Shown: positions 46,375 through 59,554 of the stretch, piece by piece
Layout of the letters: each line of letters opens with the position of its first letter
How positions within the stretch are numbered: position 1 is the stretch's first letter
Assembly (NCBI GenBank): GCA_964036045.1
Contig: OZ038378.1
Span: forward strand, 180,854,001 to 180,918,000
Length of the DNA: 64,000 bases
Reading direction: 5' to 3'
Source of the DNA: Eutreptiella sp. 'Long Island Sound 2002'
Lineage: Eukaryota > Protista > Euglenida
Position numbers and translations under genes: made by a program
The notes under the pieces: model-generated
The model's database searches: none
What the model was told of the DNA's origin: nothing
The model's input: only the letters and a program-made list of their open reading frames with translations

Positions 46375-47411
46375 TACCAAGAAAAAACCCACCAAGTACC
46401 AAAACAATGCCGGGATGTTAAACAAAAACTCAACTGATACCAACAAAAAAAAACAAAGCCCCCGCCCCCACCGCCACGCACCAAAAAACATCCCAAGACT
46501 GCAACCTGCCTTTTCCATTGCCATTGTGGCATACAACAGTACCTGCACACCCCCACAGGAACATGCTTCAAATGGCCAAAAACAACGCTTCCTGTGCCCG
46601 CCACACACAAGGGATTTCAAGCAAGGCACGGCACACACAAAGACATGCACAACACAGGCATAGCATGCAAAAAAAAAAACACCATGAAAAACACTATTAC
46701 GGTCGGTGCTTTGCTCTATTGCTAAACGGGTTCTGTGTGCCACTTTTTCCGGTCGGAATACTTGACCTTAAAGAGCTTAACATGCTCAAGATGGGCCACT
46801 GCCTGCAGGGCACCTTTTGGGAGGGGGCTTAGCAGCGGATTGAGCAGGGGGATTGAGCACTTGTGGCAAACTATTTGCCTTTGGAACGTCTCGAGTAAGG
46901 TACAACTTCTCAAAATGTCGGCCAAACCCCATACCCCATGGGCCACACCACCTCGGTGTCCGACTCATGTGCCACTGGACCAGAGTGTACCGGAGTGTTG
47001 ATAGGCAATGGATCAGTGGTCGACACAACGCGCTTAGGGGTCATGAACCTGGGCAAGCACAACAGTGCCCTCTGAACTTTTGAATAGACAATAGGATAAG
47101 CCTTGTACCTGTCAGCATGATCAACATTCATGGTGATATGGCAGGAAATGGAGTGATCGGCATTGCTCATAGAAATATGTATCACCTTGGAAGCAATCAA
47201 TGCATTGGCATCACAACACATAAATGGGCACTGCCACCAAAACGTCAAAACCCGAAGAGCGCGAAATTCCGCATACGATGATCAAAAGTGCCGCGCGTTT
47301 GGGGGCCCCTAAAACGAGCTATGGCCATTTTAGTCACCCAGCCGGCCACGGCCGGGGGAAGTTTTCAAGCCGAAAAACACCCAAAATGGCAATAAATCGC
47401 GATTTCCCGGG

Positions 47412-47620
47412 GTGGAAACGCTAGGAATTTGGGTGGAAACGCTAGGATTTGTGATGGAAGCGCTAGGATTTGGGGTGGAAACTCGAGGATTTGGGGTTGA
47501 AACACTAGGATTTGGGATGGAAACGCTAGGATTTGGGGTGGAAACGCTAGGATTTGGGATGGAAACGCTAGGATTTGGGATGGAAACGCTAGGATTTGGG
47601 ATGGAAACGCTATGATTTGC
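47412..47620. repeat. 21-bp minisatellite, 10 units
   Basis: (G/A)TGGAAACGCTAGGATTTGGG repeated. Confidence 0.95.
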
Positions 47621-48189
47621 ACGGGCCCTGTGTAAAATAAAAATGTCAAAGTGACGGTTCGTGTGCCCCACCGAAGGGACTGCAAGGGGGTAGGCATTAC
47701 AAGGGGGGGGGGGGGGGTACCAGAAAACCCATCGAGAGTGGGGGCCATGCTAGCACCCGGAGCCAACCAAGGCAACACAGTGAAGCTCATAAAAAATGTG
47801 AACAAATGAAATGTACACATGTGGGCAATCAATGCACCAGAGCTATGCACAGTTGTGTTGTCCAACAATGAGGGAATCCTTGCACTGCGCGCTACTTTTA
47901 GACTATGTTCCCCCTGATGAGCCCCTAGACACACCCCTTGGAAACACCCTTAGAATTAGGTGACCCAAACTGCCCCAGCTCAAGAAAGTTGCAAACTACC
48001 TTCCCTTCACATAACACACATCATGCACAACTGGAAAAGCCATGAAAAGCGCATTGGTCGCCACCCTCAACAACACACAAATGTCTTTCTGTTCCATTGT
48101 CAACTAAGTACAAATTGAGAATACCTAACTTGTGTGCACAACATGACACAGTTGCAAAATGAAAGAAATGTCACATTGTCACATGTGTG

Positions 48190-48780
48190 TGTGTGTGTGT
48201 GTGTGTCAATGCAATCCGTACAATATTGCAGTTCACACTTGTTTACACATGGACATCTTTTCGCGGTTAGACTTGGTGCAACAAAGAGCATAGACATCCC
48301 CGTCATCACCCACAACATCCTCATCATCATTGTCCTCCTATGTAGGTGCGGTCCATACATGTGCAGGTACGTGCTCCTACGGACCATATGGAGGGTACCG
48401 TACTTGCCTTTGAATCAAAAATTGCGTGCGAACAAGTGCTCAATATGTGCCCTATAGAAACCATGAACATCATTGTACTCCTTTTGTTGTTTGGTCAAAG
48501 TCTTTTGACCGATAAATGGCCCTACCACATGGAGGCGCCCCTTGTATGCACCATCCATGGAGCCAATCTCATAATCCATATAATGCCCCTTGCTCATTTG
48601 GGCCCTTGATCCTAAATGAGAACATCCGCCGATGTCCCGGGGGCCAATGTTATATACACAACCAACATATTTTGGATTGAAGAGGACATCACAAAGGATG
48701 CCTCCTATGGAAGCGATGGGCATGCTGTCCACGTAATGTGTAACAAAATACAGAAAGTGTGGGACGTGGTTCCACTCCGA
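48190..48780 (-). pseudogene. PIF/Harbinger (IS5-like) transposase remnant with acidic linker and C-terminal Cys-rich finger
   Basis: MDGAY...GPF...LTKQQKEYNDVHGFYRAHIEHLFAR matches the D(x)AY..P....LT..Q..YN..H...R..IE..F pattern. It is followed by YGP, EDNDDED and C..C...YCTDCIDTH, with stops and a frameshift. Confidence 0.65.
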
Positions 48781-48785
48781 CAATC

Positions 48786-48980
48786 CGTATCCCCAACTCA
48801 AGGGGCCACACCTAAGCGTGGGAGTTCGTATCCCCAACTCAAGGGACCACACCAAAGCGTGGGAGTCCGTATCCCCAACTCAAGGGGCTACACCGAAGCG
48901 TGAGTCTGTATCCCCAACTCAAGGGGCAACACCGAAGCGTGGGAGTCCATCACCCCAACTCGAGGGGCCTCCAACGTGGA
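48786..48980. repeat. ~41-bp tandem repeat, 5 units
   Basis: CGTATCCCCAACTCAAGGGG..ACACC.AAGCGTGGGAGT repeated. Confidence 0.9.
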
Positions 48981-49759
48981 GCAGAGAACTGTGAACCGGT
49001 TATCCTCAATAGCACCGGAAGGTTAACAATAATTGGCCCGGTTTCCTCAATAGCAAGTTGAAGGCCCACAATTGGGCTGATTGGCTACATCACCTCTGCC
49101 TTCTCGGGGTTCCCATGGTGGGGAGAAATCGACGAAGAAAAAGAGTGGATGTGGTGAAAATGCGCAAAAAAATGTGTGTAAAAAGGTAGAAAGGGGTGAA
49201 ACAGGGTGAAATTCCAAAAATGCCATATCCCCAATACATCAGAACCTACTGCCAAACAACAATGATGCCCAAAGTAACACAAAGTATGGGTTTCTACTAC
49301 GGCTAGACGCCCAAATACTTGCACTACACGCCCAAAATCACCCTAGAACTTGCTGAAAACGGTCAAATGAAGGGAAACTCTATACATGCAGCTAGACTTC
49401 CCCGTGCCGAAGGGCTCTCTAACTCCACAATATGTCTGCGAACCGCCCCAAAAGGCCCCCAAAAGCCCCAGAATTTGTGCACATTGGCCGTCGGCAACCC
49501 CAAACCAAAAACACACCATATCTTGGGCTACATGGCTCAAAACGCGATTTTGAGCGCACCTAATCCACCCGCAACCACCCACTTTTGGTGGTTTCCACCC
49601 CTCAAAATTGCCCTAACCGACGCCTAGACCCCCGTACCTAGGCCCAGTGGGCTGCGGCAAGCTGCAAGAGGTAGCCCAAAGAGGTGGGTGCCCAAATGGG
49701 TCAACAAGGTCCACCGGGTGCCCAAAAAAAAAGACTTTTTTCCAAAATGACCCCGGACC

Positions 49760-50300
49760 ACATGGAATGCCAAAACAAGTGTTTTTGGCGCGTTTTGAGC
49801 TTGTGGTGGCCCACTTTGGCCCTCCTAAAATCTCAAAATGCCTTAAAAATGGGTTGCTTTGGGACAAAAAATGGGTCAAAATTGGATTAAAAATGTGTTT
49901 TTCCAAAAATGATCCTAGACCATTTGGGGTGCACAAACAAGTGAAATGATCCCATTTTGAGCCCATTGCAAGCCGTTTTGGCCACTCCAAAGTCCCAAAA
50001 TGCCTTTAAAATGGGCAGTTTTGCGACCAAAAATGGGTCAAAATGGGTTAAAAATGTGTTTTTGCAAAAATGATCCTAGACCATCGGGGGTGCACAAACA
50101 AGTGAAATCAGCCCTTTTTGAGCCCATTGCAAGCCATTTTAGCCACTCTAGAGTCACAAAATGCCTTGAAAATGGGTTGTTTTGAGACCAAATATCAGTC
50201 AAAAATGGATCAAAAATGTGTTCTTCCAAAGATACTTTTGGACTATTTGGGGTGCACAAAAGAAGTGGAATGAGCCCATTTTGAGCCCATGTTGAGCAAT
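49760..50300. repeat. ~162-bp AT-rich tandem/dispersed repeat, ~3.5 units; further partial copy at ~51075-51200
   Basis: CCCATTTTGAGCCC at ~49951, ~50112 and ~50275 with conserved AAAATGGGTCAAAA..AAAAATGTGTTTTT..AAAAATGATCCTAGACC. Confidence 0.85.
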
Positions 50301-50519
50301 GTTGGCCCCTCTCAGGGGGGATGTTTGCCCGGCGCCACCCGGCGCGCTACTTTTCTATTAAGTATCCCGACTTCAGCCCCATATTTACCCTCTCATGGAT
50401 AAGCCCCCCGAGTAGACCACGTTGCACTGCACACCTTCCCTACAAAGCACGTTGCATAATAAAGCAATAGCTGTGAATTCAACCACTCCAACTGTCATTT
50501 ATATTGTACTTAACAAAAA

Positions 50520-50715
50520 ACATTGCACCCACAAGTGTGGGTGTCAATACATTCAGTACAATAGTGCTCCTTACACTCATCACAAACTGCGACGGTGGAG
50601 CGCTTTTGACAAGACAACATGCACACTTCTGCCTCATCCTCTGCTTCATCTTGCGTGGCGGCTGAGTTGCTTTGGTAAGTCCAAACATGAGGTGGGACAT
50701 GCTCCCATGGTCCAT
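50520..50715 (-). pseudogene. Second remnant of the same transposase 3' end
   Basis: GPWEHVPPHVW...DEAEDEAEVCMLSCQKRSTVAVCDECKEHYCTECIDTHTCG. Confidence 0.55.
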
Positions 50716-51294
50716 AGGGTCCCCTGCATTCTCGGGCGTCCCCAAACAAAGGGGGACAAAATCAGAATTGGCTACCTCACCCTTGCCTTCTCGGGGGCCC
50801 AAAACAGGGCGGAAATGCTACATCACCATTGCATTCTCGGGGGTCCCCAACAAAGGGGGACAAAATCAAATCGCAAAACCTACGCTAGGGGTAACAATGA
50901 TGCCCCTAGTATCTCAAAATATGGGTCTCTAGTACGGGCAAACACCCAAATAGCTGCAGTGCGCTAATTGTGCCCCCTTAGTGCACCCCCAAAAAGGTCA
51001 CCGGTGGGACACGGGTAAAAAAACATGCCCGGCGTGCTAACGCTCCCCCTCAAGGCCGAAAGGGCCTTGAAAATGAGCCAATTTGGGACCACAAATGGCT
51101 CAAAAACGGGTCAAAACCATGGTTTTCCAAAAATGATCCCAGTCCAGTTGTGGTACACGAACAGATGAACACAAGTCATTTTGAGCCCCTTTTGAGCCGC
51201 TCTCATCCACTTTCCAGTGCGTACCTCATTTGTCGTTGAAGTCTCTTAGACGATGTTCCTTCCCCCGCCAGCTTGATCCCAATATTCAATCGTG

Positions 51295-51382
51295 GTTAGG
51301 GCCAGGGCTAGGCCTAGGGCTAGGGGAAGGGTTAGGACGAGGCTGAGGGTTGGGGTGGCTGTTGGGTTTAGGGTTGGGTTTA
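51295..51382. repeat. Degenerate interstitial telomere-like (TTAGGG/CTAGGG) tract
   Basis: TTAGGG CCAGGG CTAGG CCTAGGG CTAGGGG AAGGG TTAGG...TTTAGGG TTGGG. Confidence 0.6.
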
Positions 51383-53369
51383 TGGATAGTGCTGGGGTGC
51401 AAAGTGGACAAAATTTTCCTTTGGGTGGCTTTGGTGCCCATGGAGCGTCGGGCGCCTTCGGCGCCCATGGACTCCTAAGGGTGGCACCTTTGGCAACTAA
51501 CTGTTGGCCAGGGGCCCCTAAGGGGGGGGGGAGGGGTAGTTGGCGTCCTAGGACCCGTAGAGTCGCCCCCCCCCCCCCCCTCTGGCTGTGTCCACAATAA
51601 GACAATATCAATTCATGACAGTCCATTTTCATAGAGACATACTATTCAATGTGAACAACTAACTCACACCCTGAACACGACCCTGAGGAACACACAGTAC
51701 ATTGGCGCCAAAGGCGCCAAAGAAATTTTTTTTTCACGTGACTTGAAAAGGGGAGGAGGGGGGTGGGGGTTGGGGGTTTGGAACCGGGGGAGGGGGGGCT
51801 CCTCCTTACAATCTTTCATTCCAATGTGCCCCTGGCCATGTGTCCGACAGAACACTGAGAAAAAACTCTTTGCGAGGCAAATTGAGGCGAAGAAAGTGGT
51901 TGTCACTCCGAATCCATGGGTGCCCTTTCTCTGTAGTGTAGACTGTCGTGGCGCTTGCATCACCATCCCTGTCCCCTCGTGCGCATCCCGAGCCGTCGTT
52001 CCCCTTGGTCAATGGGCTTGGACAGGAGGGGGCAGAACCATAAAAACGGAGTCAGTTTGCCAGTAGGTAAATCCGATTTGACGTACTTGGGTGTGTGTTG
52101 TGGAGGCAGCAGAGGGCTGACGCCTGGCAGTGCAGTGTTTCCTCTGGTCGCCGGTCACGGGGTCAGTTTAGTTTGTGTCTGTGCAGATTGGTCTCGCAGG
52201 ATGTGTGTGTGTGGGGGGGGGGGGGGGGGGCTCTCAATACCAAACAATGATCCAAATTGGTTCTTGTGCAAAACTTTCGTCCTGAAGACTTTTTTGCTGG
52301 AACCTCCCCCTTAGGGACTTGCCTGAAAAACCTTCCGGTACAATGCATCACTGGTCAGAGGTGTGGGAGAGGCAAGCCACGCTGCAGCCGACCACCCACC
52401 CACCCGGTGTTGGCCAGAGAATCGTAAAAAACGAAGCTTACCAAAAGAGGCGGGAATTCAAGGCCGATTTTTGGGGACACACTTTTTGCATTTAAACATG
52501 TGACCCATTCATCCCACGCCCCTCGGCATTACACAAGCTACATCAGATGCCGCGGGGAGCACCCGCCTGGCTTCACGTTCTGGCAGGGACTGCATGTGAC
52601 GCCTCGGCCGGCGCTGGCAGGGGGACGGACGCCGCAGGGGCGGTGTGGTGCCATGCTCAGCAGTGGGAGCAACCTTCCAATGTGACCCATCAAACCATGC
52701 TGCCCCCCTCCCCAACTCCTGGTAGACCCACATGACGTCGGCCAACAAGCAGGTCCAACAACCAACATGACACTGGGCACCAATTGTGCTACGCAGCAAT
52801 CTCTACTGGCGTCCATGGAATCCTCCCCCTCCTCGGCCGAGCCCCCCTTGGATACGACCCACCCACCCACCCACCCAAGAATCCTCGCATCCCAAATGGC
52901 TAGCCCATATGCAGTGTCGGCAGGGACGCCATTGTGCCACCCCCCAGGCATCCTGTGAGCCTTAAGATCGGCCACCAAATCCAAATCCAAATCCAAATCC
53001 TCGTGTCCTGATGCGGGTGTCAGGGTCCGACCCCCCCCCCCCCCCCACACAAAAGCAATGTAGACAAAACTCAAACCAGTGCGCACACCCAGAGTTACCA
53101 ACCTACACACTCACTGAGTCTTTGTGGCAAACTCCTGCATTCCGATTGCCCCCCAGAACGGACCTCAAGAAACAAAAGCAGGTCAAACAAGAGACATGGC
53201 ACTGGACACTTGCCGTACTGCACGGCACCCACCCACCTTATGAAGAATCCCCCTGCTGAGGGGTACAGATATTGCTGAACCTTACGCTGCAACGCACAGG
53301 CTGCAAGCAACAGTCAGAACCAGAAGCTCTCCAGTGCAGGGGGGGGGGGTTGCGGTCTGTAGGGTTCGA

Positions 53370-53930
53370 ATCCAATTGCGAAAAATTGCAGAAAAAATGC
53401 GGGAAATTGTGGGAAAGTGGCAATACGGTAAGCAACCCTCCTTAACCCTCAAGGAGCAACAGTTCTGGACAGGTGGCTCAGATTTTTTCTTTCGGTCATA
53501 CAACAGGCCCACAGGCAGCACAATCACAGGAGGCACCCCTCAATACCACCATGGAATTGAAGCATGAACCGAAGGTGGCGGATGTTGTCATCCAATTTGT
53601 GCTGCCGCCCTGAAACCGTCCCACACTGTGAGAAAAAGCGGTCCACATCACCTCCAGAAGTGGGCACACCAGCAAATGACAGTTGTCAGACACACATTGC
53701 AGCATGGCCCTGTGACACAGGAAGGAACCGTTGAGTCAATTTTCAAGCGGTAGCAAAATTGAGTCTCATCGTTCTGCATCGTTGTGCACATTAGCATGGT
53801 TCACCATTGACAGCAAGGGGCAACAGGCACATAAGATGGGCAAGTCAGAAAATTGCAAAAAAAAAACTTGCGGAAAATTGCGAAAAATTGAGCAATTTCG
53901 GAAAATTGCGAAAAATTGCGGACCTCAATC
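53370..53930. repeat. Repeat element with clustered AAATTGCG motifs at both ends
   Basis: AATTGCGAAAAATTGCAGAAAAAATGCGGGAAATTG at left and multiple GAAAATTGCG at right. Confidence 0.5.
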
Positions 53931-54105
53931 CCCCGACACCCCCTGTTCACTGACATTGTCATAGGCGCCTTCCACTGTGACACAGAAGTACCCCGAAATA
54001 GTGTTCCTGAGGGCTCGTTCAAGAAGAACTCCCCCCACCCCCCGAAGACGTTCACCCCCCCCTTCCGCAATCCCATGCTCATATACGCCGCCTCTCTGTA
54101 GAGTA

Positions 54106-54436
54106 TCACAGGGGCGACGAATTGGTCCCGCCGTCCTTGTTCCGAGGCAGGCACACGCCCATGAGCCCCGCCAGAGTGCCCACGGGCCCCGCGTGGCCCT
54201 CCTGCGCATCGTAGGACCGCAGCCAGTTCTGCGCCAGGCCGTACCGCAAGGCGTCCTCCTCCGCCTCCCCCCCCTCCTCATCAAGCTCAGGACCGTCCGT
54301 CCCGAAACCACCGGAGGCCCGGAGCTCGGCATCGAGGGTCCGCATGTACTCCCGCATTTGGGCCGAGACCGCCGTCGCCTGGTCCTCCTCGTCGCTCTCC
54401 CCGGAGTCAGAGCCCTCCGGCGGCGCAGCCCCGGCG

Positions 54437-54469
<33 letters not shown>

Positions 54470-55328
54470 GCCCCGGCGCCCATGGCAAACAACCGCCGCC
54501 GGGCCCGGGCACGCTCCTGCGAAGACAGACTCTTAGTCACCGCCGGTCGACCGGACTCCAGACCATCGCTGCTCCGGTCCGCCCCTGCCCCTGCCCCTGC
54601 CCCTGCCCCTGCCCCTGCCCCCGCCTCAACCCCCGCCGCATCCACCGCCGCTGCAGCGGTCGCCCGAGGGGCGGCGACAGAGGCAGCCTCGTCGGCCAAT
54701 GCCGCCCTCGGCGCAGGGCCGTGCGGGGCCCACGGTGTCTCTACGCCCTCCAAGTCCGACTGTCGCGTCATGAGGCTCTCAACGCCATCGACAAGGGCCG
54801 AGACGTGCACCGCCTGCGCCGCGGCCTCGCCGTCCTCGTCCTCCGAGGGATAGTGCCGCCGCAGCTCCGCGTCGAGGCCCTCCGGCGAGAGGTAGAGCCA
54901 CTTGTCCGAGTCCTCGGCGAAGGTCCGGAAGTCGCGCTGGCACAACTCCGCGGGGCAGTCGGTCAAGATGCGTTGCACTTGTTCGGAGAAGTTGCGGTAG
55001 CGGTCCTGGAGTGTCAGCGGCGGTGCAGCGGCGGGTGGAACAGCGGTCGAATCCGGGGCCGCGCCCTCCGCATCCGAACGCACGTGGGAAGCGGCCCCGG
55101 CACCCGCATCCCGCCGCTGCAAAGCCTCGGCTTTGATGCGCAGGAACTGCTCCTTCGCCTTGCGCTCCTGCTCGCGATAGACCACACTGCCCTCCAACTC
55201 GTCCCGGAAGTACCCCAGGCTCTTCAATTTGGCCACGTACCGCGCCCACTGCCGGTCGGACTCGAAGTCGTACAGATCCGCGGCTGCCGACGCACCCGCA
55301 TTCCCGTCGTCACAGCGCCCCGGCTCTG
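54106..55328 (-). CDS. ECD: Ecdysoneless (ECD), exon 2
   Basis: W..Y..KLKSLGYFRDELEGS, DSDKWLYLSPEGLD, MREYMRTLDAEL and NWLRSYDAQEGHAGPVGTLAGLMGVCLP. Acceptor ccgcAG at 55330-55329 with upstream CTGAC is phase-compatible with the exon 1 donor. Confidence 0.88.
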
Positions 55329-56309
55329 CTGCGGTGCGGGGCGTAGGGTCAGTGGAGGGGCACGGGCCAAATGGCGGCCTCGATGGCGTCAGACCTGAAC
55401 CAGTGCAGAGGCCGCAAATGCAAGAGGCGGTGATGAGCGAAGCAGAGGAGAGGGCTGGCAGCACTGGGCAATGTGTTTGAGCGGTTGATGAAACCTGCGT
55501 AAAGAATCTTTGCACGGGCCCTTAATCAATGAATTCATTAATAATGGTGCGTGGGGCCAGCGGTGTCCTTCAATGCACTGCCACACGATTACATCCCCGG
55601 TCCTGCAGGTTTCGTCCAGGGAGGCATCCCGGTCCGCTGGTTGCCAGCCCACCCGCATTCCTGGAACACACCCACCGGGCCGACCAGAGCCCCTGCACCA
55701 TAGCGTCGGGCAGAAGGCGGGCATGTGCGGGCCATTAGTACAAGGCGCCAGGCAGGGGGGCAGGGGGGGGGGGGGGGGCAGACCGAAAGATATGGCAAAG
55801 CACGATCGCTGCAAGTGGTCACTCCGCGCATCAGGATTGTATTGTGGGTATTGTAGAGAGCGATCAATTCATCATGCGCTGCATTACCCGGGAACAACAT
55901 GCCAAGCAATGTCCAACTTGCATACTGGGTCTGCTTTCAGCAGTTCGGGCGAAACACAAACTGCGAATCGTGCAACTGCAATGAACCAACTCAGCAAGCA
56001 AAGCCCCAACGTCTATGCTACAGTGCGTGCTCGCTGCGTGTTGGTGGTTGACAGGTGTGTGACTGACAGAATGAACAGGGGGATCCAAGGCAAAACTTTT
56101 GGGGGGCGGCATGGTTGGGCGTGAGAGTCGACAGGAGACATAGAGAGGACGGCCTGAAGATGAGAGCATTGGGGGCAGGGGAGAGGAGTGAGGTTAAGGA
56201 GTGGGGGCAAAGGCGAGGGCGAAGGCGAGGAAGAGGCACGGGGCCAGAAGCAGAGGGAGATGGCGAAGGAGAGGGCGATGGCAAAAGACGTGGGAGCATG
56301 AGGCGATAC
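55329..56309 (-). other. 981-nt GT-AG intron of ECD
   Basis: G|GTATCG donor, CTGAC branch-like motif and tandem CAGCAG acceptor; the joined frame reads SA-A-EPGRCDD. Confidence 0.7.
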
Positions 56310-57396
56310 CCGCGCTCGTGCTGGTCCCGGGGTCAGTCCCACTGCCGACAGGAGCACCACCGCCGTGAGCCCGGCCCACGGCATTATGTGTCGCTGGAGC
56401 GGCAGGGTCCCCCTGGAGCTGCTCCTGGTCCGTCTGAAACGCAATCTCAAACCCAACCGCCAGTTTCATGCCCAATGACTCCATGCGGTACAGCCGCGGG
56501 TCGTCCTTGTGCATGTGGCGCTGGAAGCACGGGGGCGCGGGGAACTGCTGCTGCAGCGCCATGGCATACATGCAGCGCGTGAACTCCACCATACAGTGCA
56601 CCAGGCCTTTGTCCGGGTGAAAGCGCTGCATCGCCTGGCACTTTTTGAGAGTTAATGGGTCCCTTTCGTAGAACGCCCTCACGGCACGGCCCACCAAATG
56701 TTTGCATTCCGAGAGACAATACGCCACGTGCACAGGCACGATGCACTCCACCGTGTGCTTACAAAAGTCGTGGGACAGTCCTTTGGCCGGATAGCCCCCA
56801 ATGCGGCTCCGGATGCATTTTGTGACTCGGGGCGCAACAAAATCAGCCCCGCTCCTGAGAACTCGGACGGCGTCCGCGGCGCACAACGGGGGCACACCGC
56901 CACTTTCTTGGCCGCATGCGGTGCTGGCGGCAGAAACAGGGAAGAAAGCGGACAGCTGGCCAGGGTTTTGTGGGAAGGGCGGGACCACGACGACCCGGCC
57001 TTCGTGGATGAAGACGCGGTTCGCGGTGGTGTCGGGCTGCATCCATCCATCCACCACATCCCCTGCCTCAATCAGCAGGAAATCCCCGTCATTGTCCGTG
57101 ACCTGGCAAAAGGTCGAAGGCAAGCGCTCTGAAATGGCGAACAGCAGGCTCACGATGAACCACTCGTCCTCGATGTTGTCGCCGAACCGCGTTTTCCCGA
57201 CCAAACGGTTGCCGGCAACATCGACAGAGAGCACGAAGGGGTCCTGGTGCCAGAGGTAGTCATCCACAAAGGCCCAAACGATCTCCATAACTGCGACACA
57301 TAACTCATGAAGGCTCTCGGGCGTCTGCACATCATCAACGTGGATGCTGTAGTGCACCGCATTTTCTTGCTTTTCTTCCAATTGGCTGAAATCCAT
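56310..57396 (-). CDS. ECD: Ecdysoneless (ECD/hSGT1, SGT1 family), exon 1
   Basis: ATG at 57396 (MDFSQLEEK; the ORF-track start is a TTG). Motifs YLWHQDPFVL, TRFGDNIEDEWFIV, DNDGDFLLIEA, NRVFIHEG, FTRCMYAM and LGMKLAVGFEI. Phase-1 GT donor at 56309. Confidence 0.92.
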
Positions 57397-59512
57397 GTCA
57401 GATGGCAAGTCTCAAAGACATCAGCGCTTTTGGAAGAAGAAACACAACAGTACTGCAGCGAGGCCATGCTACTGGCTGGCAATCATCTCAAGGGGAGCAT
57501 TTGCGCCGTGGGCGCACCACATGCACCTTTTGAGGGGTATCCTGGGAATGGCCCGACTAATTACCACTATTTCCCACTTTCCACGATGCCCTTTCTACTG
57601 CAGCCGGGTCTCTGTTTTCGTTGCCTGTTCTGCACCCACAGTGTAAAGATGCTGAATAACATATTTGTGACGGGGTTTTGGATTTTTCTTTGTGTTTTTG
57701 GCTCCTGCATCCATGTGAAATTGGCCCTGCATTGCCAGAATGGACAACCATAGCGCCGTCTCGTATGACCATTGCATGGCACCAGCACAGCAACCCCCCC
57801 CCCCCCCCCCGGGAAACAACCCCCTTGTCCAAACAACACTAGGTGTTGTTTCAGTCAATTATGCACCGTGGATTTTACACTGAAAGTGTCAGCAATGAGA
57901 GACGTCACTCATAGAAAGTGCCGCCCGCGCACCACATGCACGCTGCATCATTGTAACAGGGTTCCACGCCATACTGCAGAAAATAGCCCTAGGACTTCAA
58001 AACAGAGCGGCTTGGTGACCTGCAGCGCACATGTGCACCAGGGCTCATGCATGCAGCCAAACAAATGTGCCTTGATGCACTGCACACTGTGCGGGCAGCA
58101 CCCCCCCCCCCCCTGTCATAACCCCCTTCCCCCCATGTCAATGGCCCCTGAGGGGGGGGTCCATTGGCATGGGCATAGGGAGTCCAATGACTCGAATTCT
58201 CGTCGAAAGTCTAGATAAACAGTTTGTGTAAGCACTTTCTAGCTTGTGCCATTGCTTCGAAAATGGTCTGGACATAAGATTTGTACCTCTTGCATCTTTG
58301 TGATGGCTGTCAATGTTCATGTCGCAAATTTTGCCAGATTCTTTGGGGTGGGTTGCGGGTAAGACCGGGCCTCCTGCCCCATGGCTGCGGTTGCAGTCGC
58401 CATGCCGACCGTATTCATTGGGGACCTTATTTGATTCGGACCCGTTATTGCTTTTGTGGCCCATTTCTGGCGTCTCTGTGTCCCCATGGCGTGTATTGTT
58501 GGGTGCGCGCTGAGATGATGGCCATAGCTGGCCAGTCGCGCGACAGCTTGATATCAAGATCCGGGTACACCTCAGGTGGCCAATTTTCGAAGCATGACGA
58601 CCCTGTGTTGCCGTCTTTTTTGGAACTGCCATCTTTTGTGCTGCAGAATGTAAGGTCACAAGAATGTGAGTCCATTTTTGTGTGGGAGGACAGAAGACAA
58701 GGAAAGAGGGGCTGAAGCAGCAGGTAAGACTTGCTTCTGCCATGACAGCGATGGACTTTGGGATGCAGGTCGTTTTAATTGGTTTTGGATGTGATCGGGA
58801 GCCATGGCTACTTTTGTCGCACCCAACATGCCCCCCCATTTAAGTCCCTGCGTCCGCACAGTCCTGTCTAAGGACGGTGACTGGGTGTTATTGTCGGTTT
58901 CCGGAACTTGAACTCTGCGGCCTTCAGGCAGGCAGCACGGACTGTGTCCATTTCTTGGTTGGGATGCTGCACTATGTATCATGCAGGAGCCGTTGACACT
59001 ATTCTACAAATGAGTTGAAACCTGGTTTCCTGCATTGCGGTGCAGCACCCCTGTAGCTGTCACGTGGCTGGGCTAATCCACACCTAAAAGCTCATCACAG
59101 CAAAAACATGCGGGAAGGGGCTGGCTGGTCACTGTGAAGAAGAAACGTTCGCCCGGGCGCACCCTACACCGCACACCACACGAGCAAAGTGCGTGCTCGT
59201 TGATGTTCTGGATAACGCCCAGATGTGCAGACTCTACTGCAAAAATCAGGGGTCAGACAGCAGCAGAAACAGGTTGGCGTGGGCAGAGCCTCCTGCAAGC
59301 AGACCCTGTTTAACAGAGCCATCCACCAGGTGCAGACTGGATATGATTCAATCCATAACCGACATACATATCTATACATATGAGTGTATGCTTTCTGCCA
59401 TCATACCAGCAAGATGGGCTCACGCCTGTGTGCAGCCTGCCACAGACTTCATGGAAATGGCAACCTGACAATGCAAGCAGGAAAGAAAAAGACAAGAAAC
59501 CTGGATGCAGAA

Positions 59513-59554
<42 letters not shown>

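Noticed and set aside
53977-55398. 473-aa plus-strand ORF and other long ORFs over ECD, and plus-strand ORFs over 62800-63830
   Set aside because: Stop-poor antisense frames of GC-rich exons.
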